From Gemmatimonadota bacterium (GTDB taxonomy: Bacteria > Gemmatimonadota > Gemmatimonadetes > Palauibacterales > Palauibacteraceae), in assembly GCA_036679495.1 (NCBI GenBank), contig JAZDDE010000418.1:1-49730 (forward strand): a DNA stretch of 49,730 nt, given 5' to 3'. The notes beneath the pieces are model-generated. The model saw only the letters and a list, made by a program, of their open reading frames with translations, was not told where the DNA came from and searched no databases. Position numbers and translations under genes: made by a program. The first letter of the stretch is position 1. Each line of letters opens with the position of its first letter. Of the stretch, positions 10,387-18,728 are shown in pieces.

Positions 10387-11978
10387 TCGTTCCTCCGTCG
10401 CCACTCTTTAATCGTTACCAGCTCTCCCCGTGCATCCATCCGGACGCCCTCAAGATTGGCTGAAACTCCGGCTAACTCGTCCTGCCAGAAGAGAAAGGTG
10501 AGCGGTTGATCTGCCTGGATGAGCTCTGCGAAATCGGCCCAGATCTGTCTAGCTGGTTCGGCTTCAGTCGTACCTGCCCCCTCATCCATGAGCCGGTCGG
10601 CTTCCTCGCTTTCATACGCGCTTCGGTTCGCGGAGTTGGGCATAGAGGCGTAGCGGCTGTGGAACAAGATCCGCGGATCTACTCGAAAATTATCCAGGAC
10701 CCAGTTGGTCAGTACAGCATCGAAATCCCGGGAACGGTGCATGGCAAGCACAGTTTGCCACTCGAGCATGCGCGGCTTCGCCACGACCCCGATCGCCGCC
10801 AGCTGGGCCTGGACGATTTGAGCCATGTCAGGGTAGATCGCACTTCTCTGGTTTGTGAGAAGCTCGAAACGAAGTGGAACTCCATTCTTGTCCCTGACCC
10901 CGTCCCCGTCTGAGTCGCTCCAGCCCTCGCGCTCCAGAATAGCTGCCGCCGAGTCAGGCGCGTACGGAAGCGGCGTCAACCCCGGGGCATACGGGCTCCA
11001 GGGAGGAATGATTCCGCTGGCCACCGAGCCGTATCCTTGAAGAACCGACGCCAGGATCGCCTCCCTGTCTATCGCCATCGTCAGGGCTCTCCGAACGGCC
11101 GGATTGGCGAGCAACGGCCGTTTTGTGTTCCAGCCGATGTAGCTGAACTGCCTCCACGGAAAACGATGCAGAATTGTAGACGCATCGGCCTCAACTACCG
11201 ACGCGCTGGCCGGGCCGAGAGGGCCGTCTACATCGATGCCGCCGCTCTGTAGTTCGGCGGCCCGTGTCGTGGCGTCAGGAATGATCCGGTACACAACCCG
11301 CGCGAAATTTGGCGGCCCTCCAAGCGAAGGTGAAAAGTCGTCATTCGCCTCAAAGACCAGCATTCGATTCGCGTCCCAGCTGACGAGCCGGTAGGGGCCG
11401 CTGCCGACTGGAGACCGGTTATACTCGGCCCGGGCCATCTCCTCCGGGGCCACGCCCTCGAGCAGATGTTTGGGAACTGGCGGCCAGAAGAAGTCCTCGA
11501 GCGCCTGTGCGTGGACTACGCTGAACGTGAACCGGATCGTGTGAGGATCCAGCACTTCCACCGAATCCACATTCTCCAGGAAAGCCGAAGCCAGAGGCGA
11601 GGCAACGGCGCTGTCCTTGGCCCGCTCAAACGTGAATGCGACATCCTCGGCGGTCACGGGCACGCCGTCGTGCCAATGCACGTCTTCGCGCAGGTGAAAA
11701 ACGACAGCCGTATCCGTTTGCTCCCAGGATTCGGCCAGCCCGGGGGCTGGCTCGAAATCGGAATCGAAGGTGACGAGCGGAGTAAACAGAAGGTAGTTGA
11801 TCAGTTCGTTGGCGTTCTGATCGGTGCTGACGAGCGGATTCAAAGTTTGAAGCTCGGACGCGTAGGCCAGGATTAGGGGACGATCCACGCTGGAGGCTGA
11901 ATTATCAGGCCCGCAAGCTGCCGTGAGAACGGTCGCCCCAGCCATGCAAACTCGCCGAAAGTGCCTAATATTTGCCAC
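10383..11978 (-). CDS. Peptide ABC transporter substrate-binding lipoprotein (SBP family 5), copy 1
   Basis: Lipobox TAAC, LAESWE, WHDGVPVTAEDV, PVGSGPY, VRRALTMAIDR. Confidence 0.9.
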   Translation of the reverse strand: MANIRHFRRVCMAGATVLTAACGPDNSASSVDRPLILAYASELQTLNPLVSTDQNANELINYLLFTPLVTFDSDFEPAPGLAESWEQTDTAVVFHLREDVHWHDGVPVTAEDVAFTFERAKDSAVASPLASAFLENVDSVEVLDPHTIRFTFSVVHAQALEDFFWPPVPKHLLEGVAPEEMARAEYNRSPVGSGPYRLVSWDANRMLVFEANDDFSPSLGGPPNFARVVYRIIPDATTRAAELQSGGIDVDGPLGPASASVVEADASTILHRFPWRQFSYIGWNTKRPLLANPAVRRALTMAIDREAILASVLQGYGSVASGIIPPWSPYAPGLTPLPYAPDSAAAILEREGWSDSDGDGVRDKNGVPLRFELLTNQRSAIYPDMAQIVQAQLAAIGVVAKPRMLEWQTVLAMHRSRDFDAVLTNWVLDNFRVDPRILFHSRYASMPNSANRSAYESEEADRLMDEGAGTTEAEPARQIWADFAELIQADQPLTFLFWQDELAGVSANLEGVRMDARGELVTIKEWRRRNE

Positions 11979-12002
11979 GATCCGAAGGTATGTAACCGGG
12001 GC

Positions 12003-12806
12003 TCAGCGGCGCCAGGTCCAGTCCCGCGAGCGGTACTTGGCCTCCAGCCGGGTGGCAGCTACTCGTTCGCCCTCTGTGAGACCCTCGTCGCACATCGCAA
12101 GCCCGAATTCTTGCCCGAAAGCCCGGCCGAGACTCTGGATCATTTCGGACATGGTTGGTACCTGATCGAGAAAGTCGGTCAGGCTGGCCGCGGGGACGGA
12201 TGACGATGACGACATGCGAAGCTCGTCGGCAACATTCTGATCGTCGTGCAGCAAGAGAGAGCCGTGCTGAAGCAGGCCACCCTTGGTCCGCCACTGAGCA
12301 CTGCCCACGAGCTTGGCGCCGCCAGCCATGATCTCCCCTTCCAAAGGATCGCGGAAGCAGGTTCTGGTCGTCGGGCGGGGAGTGAAATCTGCGGCGGGTG
12401 CAAGTGAAGCGGGCACGCCCAAGGCCACGAGGCCCGCGTTCAGGGCCCGATTGATGCGGCGGTAGCTGGCCGGAAGGGAACCCCACAGATCCGCTGGGGC
12501 CGTAACACTATAGGTGAGCTCGCGATCATGGTATACGGCCCGGCCACCGGTCGGTCGCCGCACGATATCGATCCCACGCCGCCGAGCTTCGTCCTCTCGG
12601 TATCGTCCTCTAGCGGTCTGGTTTCGGCCCAGGGAGAGACAAGCGGGCTGCCACGAGTAGAACCGAAGCGTGACCTGGCCTCTCTGGGCGGACTCGAGGA
12701 GCGCCTCGTCAACCGCCATGTTGAACGCCCCTGGGGCCGGCCCGTGGCGAACAACCCGTAGCGTGGCGGCGGCGAGCGAGACTCCTAGCTGTCCGGGAAG
12801 CTCCAT
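12003..12806 (-). CDS. Lipoate-protein ligase family protein (LipM-like octanoyltransferase)
   Basis: NMAVDEALL, LRFYSW, VRRPTGGRAVYHD, CF, KLVGSAQ, LQHGS. Short single-domain form, in the gcv cluster. Confidence 0.85.
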   Translation of the reverse strand: MELPGQLGVSLAAATLRVVRHGPAPGAFNMAVDEALLESAQRGQVTLRFYSWQPACLSLGRNQTARGRYREDEARRRGIDIVRRPTGGRAVYHDRELTYSVTAPADLWGSLPASYRRINRALNAGLVALGVPASLAPAADFTPRPTTRTCFRDPLEGEIMAGGAKLVGSAQWRTKGGLLQHGSLLLHDDQNVADELRMSSSSSVPAASLTDFLDQVPTMSEMIQSLGRAFGQEFGLAMCDEGLTEGERVAATRLEAKYRSRDWTWRR

Positions 12807-14258
12807 CTCACGTCCAGCTCGCGTCCTGCCCTACCCTCATCCATGCGACTGACCGGCGCGAGATGGGGCGCGGATCCAACCATTTCCGGATCTGCTTCCG
12901 CCTCTCCGGCGATCGCGATCATGGCGGCGGCGAAACGGTCCAGTTCCTCGCGGGTCTCCGTTTCCGTAGGCTCGATCATGAGAGCCTCGGGCACGTTCAA
13001 CGGAAAATAGATGGTGGGTGCGTGGAAGCCGTAGTCCAGCAGACGCTTTGCGACATCTGTCGTCTTCACTCCGGTTTTCTTCTTCAGATCGGAGCCCGAA
13101 AAAACAGATTCGTGCATTCCGCGCCCGTAGGGAACGGGATAGTGACCCTCCAGGAGCGCGGTCAGGTAGGCGTTGTTGAGAACGGCCGCCTCGGCGGTAT
13201 CTCGTATTCCCTGCCGGCCGAGCATCCGAATGTAGGTGTAGGCCTCCAAAGTTGCCGAAAAAACCGTGTAGCTTGCCAATCGACTCGGACGCGTCCCAGT
13301 CGAGCTGAAACTCTCCGTCATTTTCGACAACCCGGGGCACCGGCAGGAACGGGCTGAGGTGACTCTTGACGCCAACGGGGCCTGCTCCCGGACCGCCTCC
13401 GCCGTGGGGGGTGCTGAACGTCTTGTGCAGATTGAAGTGCACGATGTCGTATCCCATGTCACCCGGCCGGGTTATCCCCATGAGCGCGTTCAAATTGGCG
13501 CCGTCCATATACATGAGACCCCCGGCCTCATGCACGAGTTCGCAGATCTCGGCGATATCGGTCTCGAACACTCCGAGCGTATTGGGATTGGTCAGCATCA
13601 TTCCCGCAACGTTTTCGTCCAATGCCGCGCGCAGGGCAGCCATGTCGGTACGTCCCGCCTCGTTGGACTTGAGCGTCTCGGTCTCGAAACCAGCCAGCGC
13701 GACCGTAGCCGGATTGGTCCCATGGGCGGAGTCCGGAATCAAAACCCTGGTTCGCTGCGCCTGGCCGTTGGCGTGGTGATAGGCCCGCATCAACAAAACG
13801 CCGGTCATCTCTCCTTGAGCCCCAGCCGCCGGCTGCAGGGTGACGTCGTCCATCCCGGCGATTTCACCCAAAATTTGCGCTAGCTCGAACATGAGTCGAA
13901 GCGCGCCCTGGACCGCCGTGTGCGGCGCCATGGGATGCAAGCCGGCCAGATCCGGGAGACGGGCCACCGCCTCGTTCACCTTCGGATTGTATTTCATCGT
14001 GCACGAACCGAGTGGGTACATGGCCCGGTCCACATGATGGTTCTTGAGCGATAGTTCGGTGTAGTGCCGGACTACGTCATGCTCCGGCACCTCCGGAAGC
14101 CGTGGGTCATCGAAGCGTAGAAAACGCTCCGGGATCAGGTCCGCGAGCGGTCGGGTGTCCACTTGGGGCGCCGGGACGGATGTGCCGCGCCGCCCGGGGC
14201 TGGACTTCTCGAAGATCGTCGGCGTGTGATCGCCCATGAACGGAAATGGATTCATCAA
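12785..14258 (-). pseudogene. gcvPB: Glycine dehydrogenase subunit 2, frameshifted near 13244 as sequenced
   Basis: The N-terminal frame has YPLGSCTMKYNP, SAHGTNPA and NLHKTFSTPHGGGGPG. The C-terminal part (AYTYIRMLG...DYGFHAPTIYFP...EPTETE) continues in another frame to the stop at 12785. Confidence 0.85.
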
Positions 14259-14947
14259 AATTCCAGAGATTGTCCGGCTTCCAGCGCTCTGACTTCCGCT
14301 GATTCGCCCACCAGTTCGGCGAACTCGGCCGGATCCTGATTAATTACGTCCCAGGTGTTGTAGTGGAACGGAACCACGATGTTCGGTCCTATCATTTCGA
14401 CGGCCCTGGCGGCGTCTCTGGGGCCCATCGTGAAGTTGTCACCTATCGGCAGCATGGCCACCTCTACCCGGCCGCTCAGAAGCTCCATTTCACGCGTCAG
14501 GCCTGTGTCGCCGGCAAAATACACTCCGGTGCCGTCTACCTCGAGAAGGAAGCCCGCCGGCGGGCAGGTGTAGCCTTCGCCACCCGGAGCGTCGAGTCTG
14601 CCTCCGTGCAGAGCCTGCGTCATTTCTACGCGGCCGAACGGAAAATCATACCCGCCGCCGATGCTCATCGGATGAATCTCGCCGTGGCCGAGCACATCGC
14701 TCACGTAGGTGCAAATCTCAACGCTGCTAATCACGGTACACCCGGTCCGGTCGATGATATTCCAGGCGTCGGCGACGTGGTCGCTATGACCGTGTGTGAG
14801 CAGCAGAAAATCGACTCCTTCATCAAAGTGCTCGAGCCCGACGACCGCGGCCGGGTTGCCGGTCAGAAAGGGATCGATCAACAGCCGCGTTCCGTCCGAG
14901 AGCGCTAGCTCAAAAGTCGCGTGTCCGTGAAACGTTAATTGTCCCAT
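14255..14947 (-). CDS. UPF0173-type metal-dependent hydrolase (metallo-beta-lactamase fold)
   Basis: FHGHA, IDPFLTGNP, THGHSDH, AGDTG, LPIGDNFTMG, HYNTW. Confidence 0.88.
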   Translation of the reverse strand: MGQLTFHGHATFELALSDGTRLLIDPFLTGNPAAVVGLEHFDEGVDFLLLTHGHSDHVADAWNIIDRTGCTVISSVEICTYVSDVLGHGEIHPMSIGGGYDFPFGRVEMTQALHGGRLDAPGGEGYTCPPAGFLLEVDGTGVYFAGDTGLTREMELLSGRVEVAMLPIGDNFTMGPRDAARAVEMIGPNIVVPFHYNTWDVINQDPAEFAELVGESAEVRALEAGQSLEF

Positions 14948-14971
14948 GAGTGCCTTTTCTGCCAGAGCGGA

Positions 14972-16303
14972 CTAGCCTGCGATCACGTCCACCAGGAGAT
15001 GAATCTCCTCGCGGCTACGTTTTTCGGTAAAGGCCAGGAGCAGACCGTCGCCAGCTTCCAACGCGGGGAACCTGGACAGGCTGACGCCCGCCATCACTCC
15101 GCGCTCGATGCCGCGCTCCAGAACCCCACGAGACGAATCGGCCGTGCGCACAGCGAACTCGCGCACGAATGGTGAGTCGGGGAAGATCATTTCTACGCCA
15201 GCATCGGCGAGCAGCCGGTGCGCGTAGTGCGCGTTCTGCGCTGAGGCCTCGGCCGCTTCGCGCAGGCCGGCGCGGCCGAGCAGCGCAATGTGAATGGTGG
15301 CCGCCAGCGCGTTCAGTCCCTGATTCGTACAGATGTTGCTGGTCGCCTTTTCCCGGCGGATCTGCTGCTCCCGGGTCTGCAACGTCAGGACATACCCCCG
15401 GCGCCCCTCGGTATCGACCGTGGCACCGACGAGTCGGCCCGGCATCTTCCGAATAAGGCTTTGGCGCGCAGCGAAAAGTCCGACTACCGGGCCGCCATAG
15501 TTCGGCGTGTTACCGAAAGGCTGTCCCTCGGCCACGACGATGTCCGCCCCGCAGTCACCCGGTGAGCGAAGGATCGGCAGGACCATCGGATCGGCGACAA
15601 CCACAAGCAGGGCGCCGGCTGAGTGCACCTGCTCAGCGAGCGGCTCCAGGTCCTCGATAAGTCCGAAGAAATTGGGCTGCGGGACGATGACACAGGCAGT
15701 GTCGTCGTCCAGGTGCGACGCAAGCTCCGCGCTGTCCAGAGAACCCGCCGTGGTCCAAGCGACGGATTGCGGGGCCACCCCCTGTCCGGAGAGATACGTC
15801 TCGATGACCTTCCGGTAGTGTGGATGGAGAGAGGCGGCGGCTATCACCTCGGTTCGTCGGGTGGCTGACCTGGCGAGAATCGCTGCTTCTGCCGCGGCCG
15901 ACGGCCCGTCGTACATCGAGGCGTTGGCCACGTCCATACCGGTAAGCTCGCAGATCATGGACTGGAACTCGTAGATCACCTGTAGAGTCCCCTGCGCGAC
16001 CTCCGGTTGGTAGGGAGTATATGCCGTATAGAACTCGCTTCTCCGGATCAAGTGGTCCACGGCAGCGGGTACGTAGTGATCGTAGATCCCCGCACCGGCA
16101 AAGCTCACCAAGTGTTCGTTCTCCGCGGCCAGGGTCTCGAGCTGGCGAACAGCCTCCCACTCCGACAACGCGACTGGGATATCCAGATCGCGGTCCAGGA
16201 TGAGGCTCTCCGGGACGTCTGAGAAAAGCTCGCGGGCGTTCGACACGCCGATGAGCTTCAGCATCTCCCGTCGATCGTTTTCGCTGTGCGGGACGAAAGA
16301 CAT
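14972..16303 (-). CDS. gcvPA: Glycine dehydrogenase subunit 1
   Basis: FAGAGIYDH, EFYTAYTPYQPE, NASMYDG, REKATSNICTNQ. Confidence 0.96.
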   Translation of the reverse strand: MSFVPHSENDRREMLKLIGVSNARELFSDVPESLILDRDLDIPVALSEWEAVRQLETLAAENEHLVSFAGAGIYDHYVPAAVDHLIRRSEFYTAYTPYQPEVAQGTLQVIYEFQSMICELTGMDVANASMYDGPSAAAEAAILARSATRRTEVIAAASLHPHYRKVIETYLSGQGVAPQSVAWTTAGSLDSAELASHLDDDTACVIVPQPNFFGLIEDLEPLAEQVHSAGALLVVVADPMVLPILRSPGDCGADIVVAEGQPFGNTPNYGGPVVGLFAARQSLIRKMPGRLVGATVDTEGRRGYVLTLQTREQQIRREKATSNICTNQGLNALAATIHIALLGRAGLREAAEASAQNAHYAHRLLADAGVEMIFPDSPFVREFAVRTADSSRGVLERGIERGVMAGVSLSRFPALEAGDGLLLAFTEKRSREEIHLLVDVIAG

Positions 16304-16304
16304 C

Positions 16305-16691
16305 CTAGGCGTCGATGTGGGTGGCGTAGTCAGAGGCGGACATGAGGTCGTCCAACTCGTTGGGGTTCCGGACCCTGAGGCGGATCATCCAGCCCTCCTG
16401 GTACGGATCGGAGTTGACCAGAGCCGGATCCTCGTCCAGGACTTCGTTGACCGCCACAACCTCGCCGGCGAGCGGCGCAAACAGCTCGGATACGGCCTTT
16501 ACGGCCTCGATCGTCCCGAATACGTCCATTCTCTCAAACGCGTCGCCAACGGCGGGAAGTTCCACGAAGACTACGTCCCCCAGCTCTCCCTGAGCGTAGT
16601 CTGTGATCCCGATCGCTACTACGGCTTCCGCTCCCTCGCGAACGTACTCATGCTCCTCGGAATATTTGAGTCCGTCTGGGATCTCTGACAT
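16305..16691 (-). CDS. gcvH: Glycine cleavage system H protein
   Basis: GITDYAQGELGDVVFVELP, lipoyl-Lys motif IEAVKAVSE, VNSDPY..GW. Confidence 0.96.
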   Translation of the reverse strand: MSEIPDGLKYSEEHEYVREGAEAVVAIGITDYAQGELGDVVFVELPAVGDAFERMDVFGTIEAVKAVSELFAPLAGEVVAVNEVLDEDPALVNSDPYQEGWMIRLRVRNPNELDDLMSASDYATHIDA

Positions 16692-16754
16692 TCACTGCCT
16701 CCAGGGGGTTTGCCTGCATGGCGCCGCAGGGCTTCCGTGTGCTGCCGGGTGAGC

Positions 16755-16784
16755 AGAATACCGGGGCGCGGCTCGGGACGTCAA
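16755..16784 (-). promoter_or_regulatory. Putative sigma70 promoter of the gcv operon
   Basis: Minus strand TTGACG-N18-TATTCT, about 65 nt upstream of the gcvH ATG. Confidence 0.5.
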
Positions 16785-16811
16785 GCAGGTTGAAATGTGC
16801 TTCGTGTAGGG

Positions 16812-17528
16812 TTATTCGCCGCGTGAAATTCGCGCCTGCCGTGAGGTCCGCAAAGCCTTCCGATCGGCTCTTCTCCTGCGCTTCGCATCCCGGTGGGACT
16901 CTCCCGGCTCTCGGACCTCGATCGAAATCCCGCCACAAAGGGCAAAGCCCCTGATCGTTAGTCGGGGAGCGTCCGGAGCCAGGTCGCCCTGTTGGTCCAC
17001 TCCGTCGAAGCCCCCCATGAAAGCGAATCCGTGCGACTTCACGTCCAGGCCTGGCGGGACGATAACTGTGGTTCCGCCCATCAGGTTGAGGATGGTCACC
17101 TCGGTCTCGCCTGGCGGTAGTTGGGCTTCGCGAAAGTCGATGTCAGCACCGCCCATCACGGAAAAGGAGAAGTGGTGACGACCGGGACGCCAGGCACCCT
17201 GCCGTCTCGATGCTCCACAAACCGCGATTTGAACACTGCGGTTGGAGACAGTATGGGCAGGTACGGTTGCTATCGTTGCGCTAGTCGCACTGGGGGCCAC
17301 GGGCTCGGCGCCGTGTAGAACCGGCAGATCGGCGGTTAGAGCTTCGAGCTGCTGCTGGGTAGTCGCCTGGTACGAGGCGTCTACCCGAGCTTCGAACTCC
17401 TCGACAGTCAGGTTGTCGCCGGAATACTGGGCCACCAGCCGGCGGACGGCCTCTTCGCGCGCCCGTCCAAGAGCCACCGGCGGCCCAGCTGGTGGGTTCG
17501 AATGTCGGTCTGGAAGCTTTTGGGTCAC
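16812..17528 (-). CDS. DUF1707 (SHOCT-like) domain protein with LiaF/DUF2154-like C-terminal domain
   Basis: REEAVRRL...LTVEEFEARVD...QLEALTADLP; C-terminal VMGGADIDFREA, LMGGTTVIVPPG, FMGGF repeats. Start placed at GTG 17528. Confidence 0.75.
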   Translation of the reverse strand: MTQKLPDRHSNPPAGPPVALGRAREEAVRRLVAQYSGDNLTVEEFEARVDASYQATTQQQLEALTADLPVLHGAEPVAPSATSATIATVPAHTVSNRSVQIAVCGASRRQGAWRPGRHHFSFSVMGGADIDFREAQLPPGETEVTILNLMGGTTVIVPPGLDVKSHGFAFMGGFDGVDQQGDLAPDAPRLTIRGFALCGGISIEVREPGESHRDAKRRRRADRKALRTSRQARISRGE

Positions 17529-17655
17529 CTGCCACTGCCCTCGCCGGTGTTGTCCGTTGTGTGAGGAATCGCTTCGGCCCTCCGCAGCCGATGGGCGAAT
17601 AATAATCAGGTAAGAGTGAACCTGCAGAATCGCTGCCCGTCTGTTCACGCGTCCG

Positions 17656-17684
17656 TTGCGAGCCTATCCGCGCATGTCTAGCTT
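17656..17684 (+). promoter_or_regulatory. Putative sigma70 promoter
   Basis: TTGCGA-N17-TAGCTT. Confidence 0.5.
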
Positions 17685-17726
17685 TGATCAGGCCGTTTGT
17701 GGAACCAGAAACAAGGAGGTGATCTC

Positions 17727-17783
17727 GTGTCTGATGGATGTAGATCCGTGCCGAGCGTGGCACAGAACGGCGGTCGCCTCTAA
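17727..17783 (+). CDS. Candidate 18-aa small ORF (MSDGCRSVPSVAQNGGRL), or part of a structured small RNA
   Basis: GTG start just after AAGGAGGTGATC (17713-17724), between a promoter-like element and a hairpin. Confidence 0.35.
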   Translation: MSDGCRSVPSVAQNGGRL

Positions 17784-17831
17784 GGCCAACGGGCCGGCAC
17801 TGTGCCGAGCTACGACCGGATAGTTTACGGT

Positions 17832-17860
17832 AGGGCCGCTGGCAGTTCGCCGGCGGCCCT
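17832..17860 (+). terminator. 12-bp GC-rich hairpin upstream of dapF
   Basis: AGGGCCGCTGGC-agttc-GCCGGCGGCCCT (one G-U pair). Weak U-tract. Confidence 0.5.
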
Positions 17861-17900
17861 TGCCGCTTCAACCCCGATCAAGGAAGGACTGGAGACTTCC

Positions 17901-18728
17901 GTGTTACCGTTCGCCAAGTACTCCGGGGCTGGAAACGACTTCGTGTTGATCCGCGAAGATCTGCTCCAGAATCTCGCTACCGACGATGTGGCGAGGTGGG
18001 TGTGTTCGCGGACAGCTGGAGTCTGTGTGGACGGGCTCATCCTTGTGGGTGAGACGGAAGGCGGAATCAGCGTGCGGTTCTTCAACCCGGACGGTTCGGA
18101 ATTCGGAACGTGCGGGAACGGAACCCGGTGCGCCGCCCTATACGCCCGCGACGAGGGCCTGGTGATGGACACTCCGTTCGGAATCGAAACGGCCGACGGC
18201 TGGGTGCGTGCGGCTGTCTCTGGCCTCGATGTTGAGCTGGCCTACGAAATTTCGGCCGAAGTGCTCAGCGAGCACAGTATGCCGGGTCCTTCAGGGACCA
18301 CCGCGGGCTGGCTCGTCGGGATCGGGACACCTCATTTTGTGCTACCACTCGAGGGATTGCCTCCGGACGATATCGGTGCGATCTGCCGCCCGATTCGAAC
18401 CGCCCGCGAGTTCGGCGAGCCCGGGGCCAACGTGAACCTCGTCTCTCTTACCGGGCCCGACACGGCTCAGATTCGCACATTCGAGCGTGGGGTGGAGGGG
18501 GAAACGCTGGCCTGCGGAAGCGGCTGCATGGCCGCAGCCCTGGCCCTGTTCGCTGACGGGCGATGTGGCCGCACGCTGCACCTGAGTGTCAGGGGGGGTG
18601 GTACGCTCACCGTGACACTCCCTGAAAGTCTTCCAGATGGAGCCAGAAGCACCTCCCGAATTGGCCTGGCCGGAGGCGCTCAAGCGTGCTTCCGGGGTAC
18701 GCTGCCAGACCGCGCTCGTGGCGCCTAA
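17901..18728 (+). CDS. dapF: Diaminopimelate epimerase
   Basis: FAKYSGAGNDF, NPDGS..CGNG, GTPH, RTFERGVEGETLACGSG (both catalytic Cys present). GTG start after GGAG. Confidence 0.93.
   Translation: MLPFAKYSGAGNDFVLIREDLLQNLATDDVARWVCSRTAGVCVDGLILVGETEGGISVRFFNPDGSEFGTCGNGTRCAALYARDEGLVMDTPFGIETADGWVRAAVSGLDVELAYEISAEVLSEHSMPGPSGTTAGWLVGIGTPHFVLPLEGLPPDDIGAICRPIRTAREFGEPGANVNLVSLTGPDTAQIRTFERGVEGETLACGSGCMAAALALFADGRCGRTLHLSVRGGGTLTVTLPESLPDGARSTSRIGLAGGAQACFRGTLPDRARGA

Noticed and set aside
13255-13266. T TTT TTC slippery heptamer just before the gcvPB break (programmed frameshift?)
   Set aside because: It would give a -1 shift, but +1 is needed, and about four conserved residues are physically missing.
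16692-16811. Possible glycine riboswitch upstream of gcvH
   Set aside because: No GGAGA...CCGAAG...CTCTCAGG aptamer pattern, and the leader is short.
17713-17724. Match to the 16S rRNA 3' end as a possible rRNA fragment
   Set aside because: Only 12 nt match and the flanks are not rRNA-like; it is better read as an extended Shine-Dalgarno sequence.
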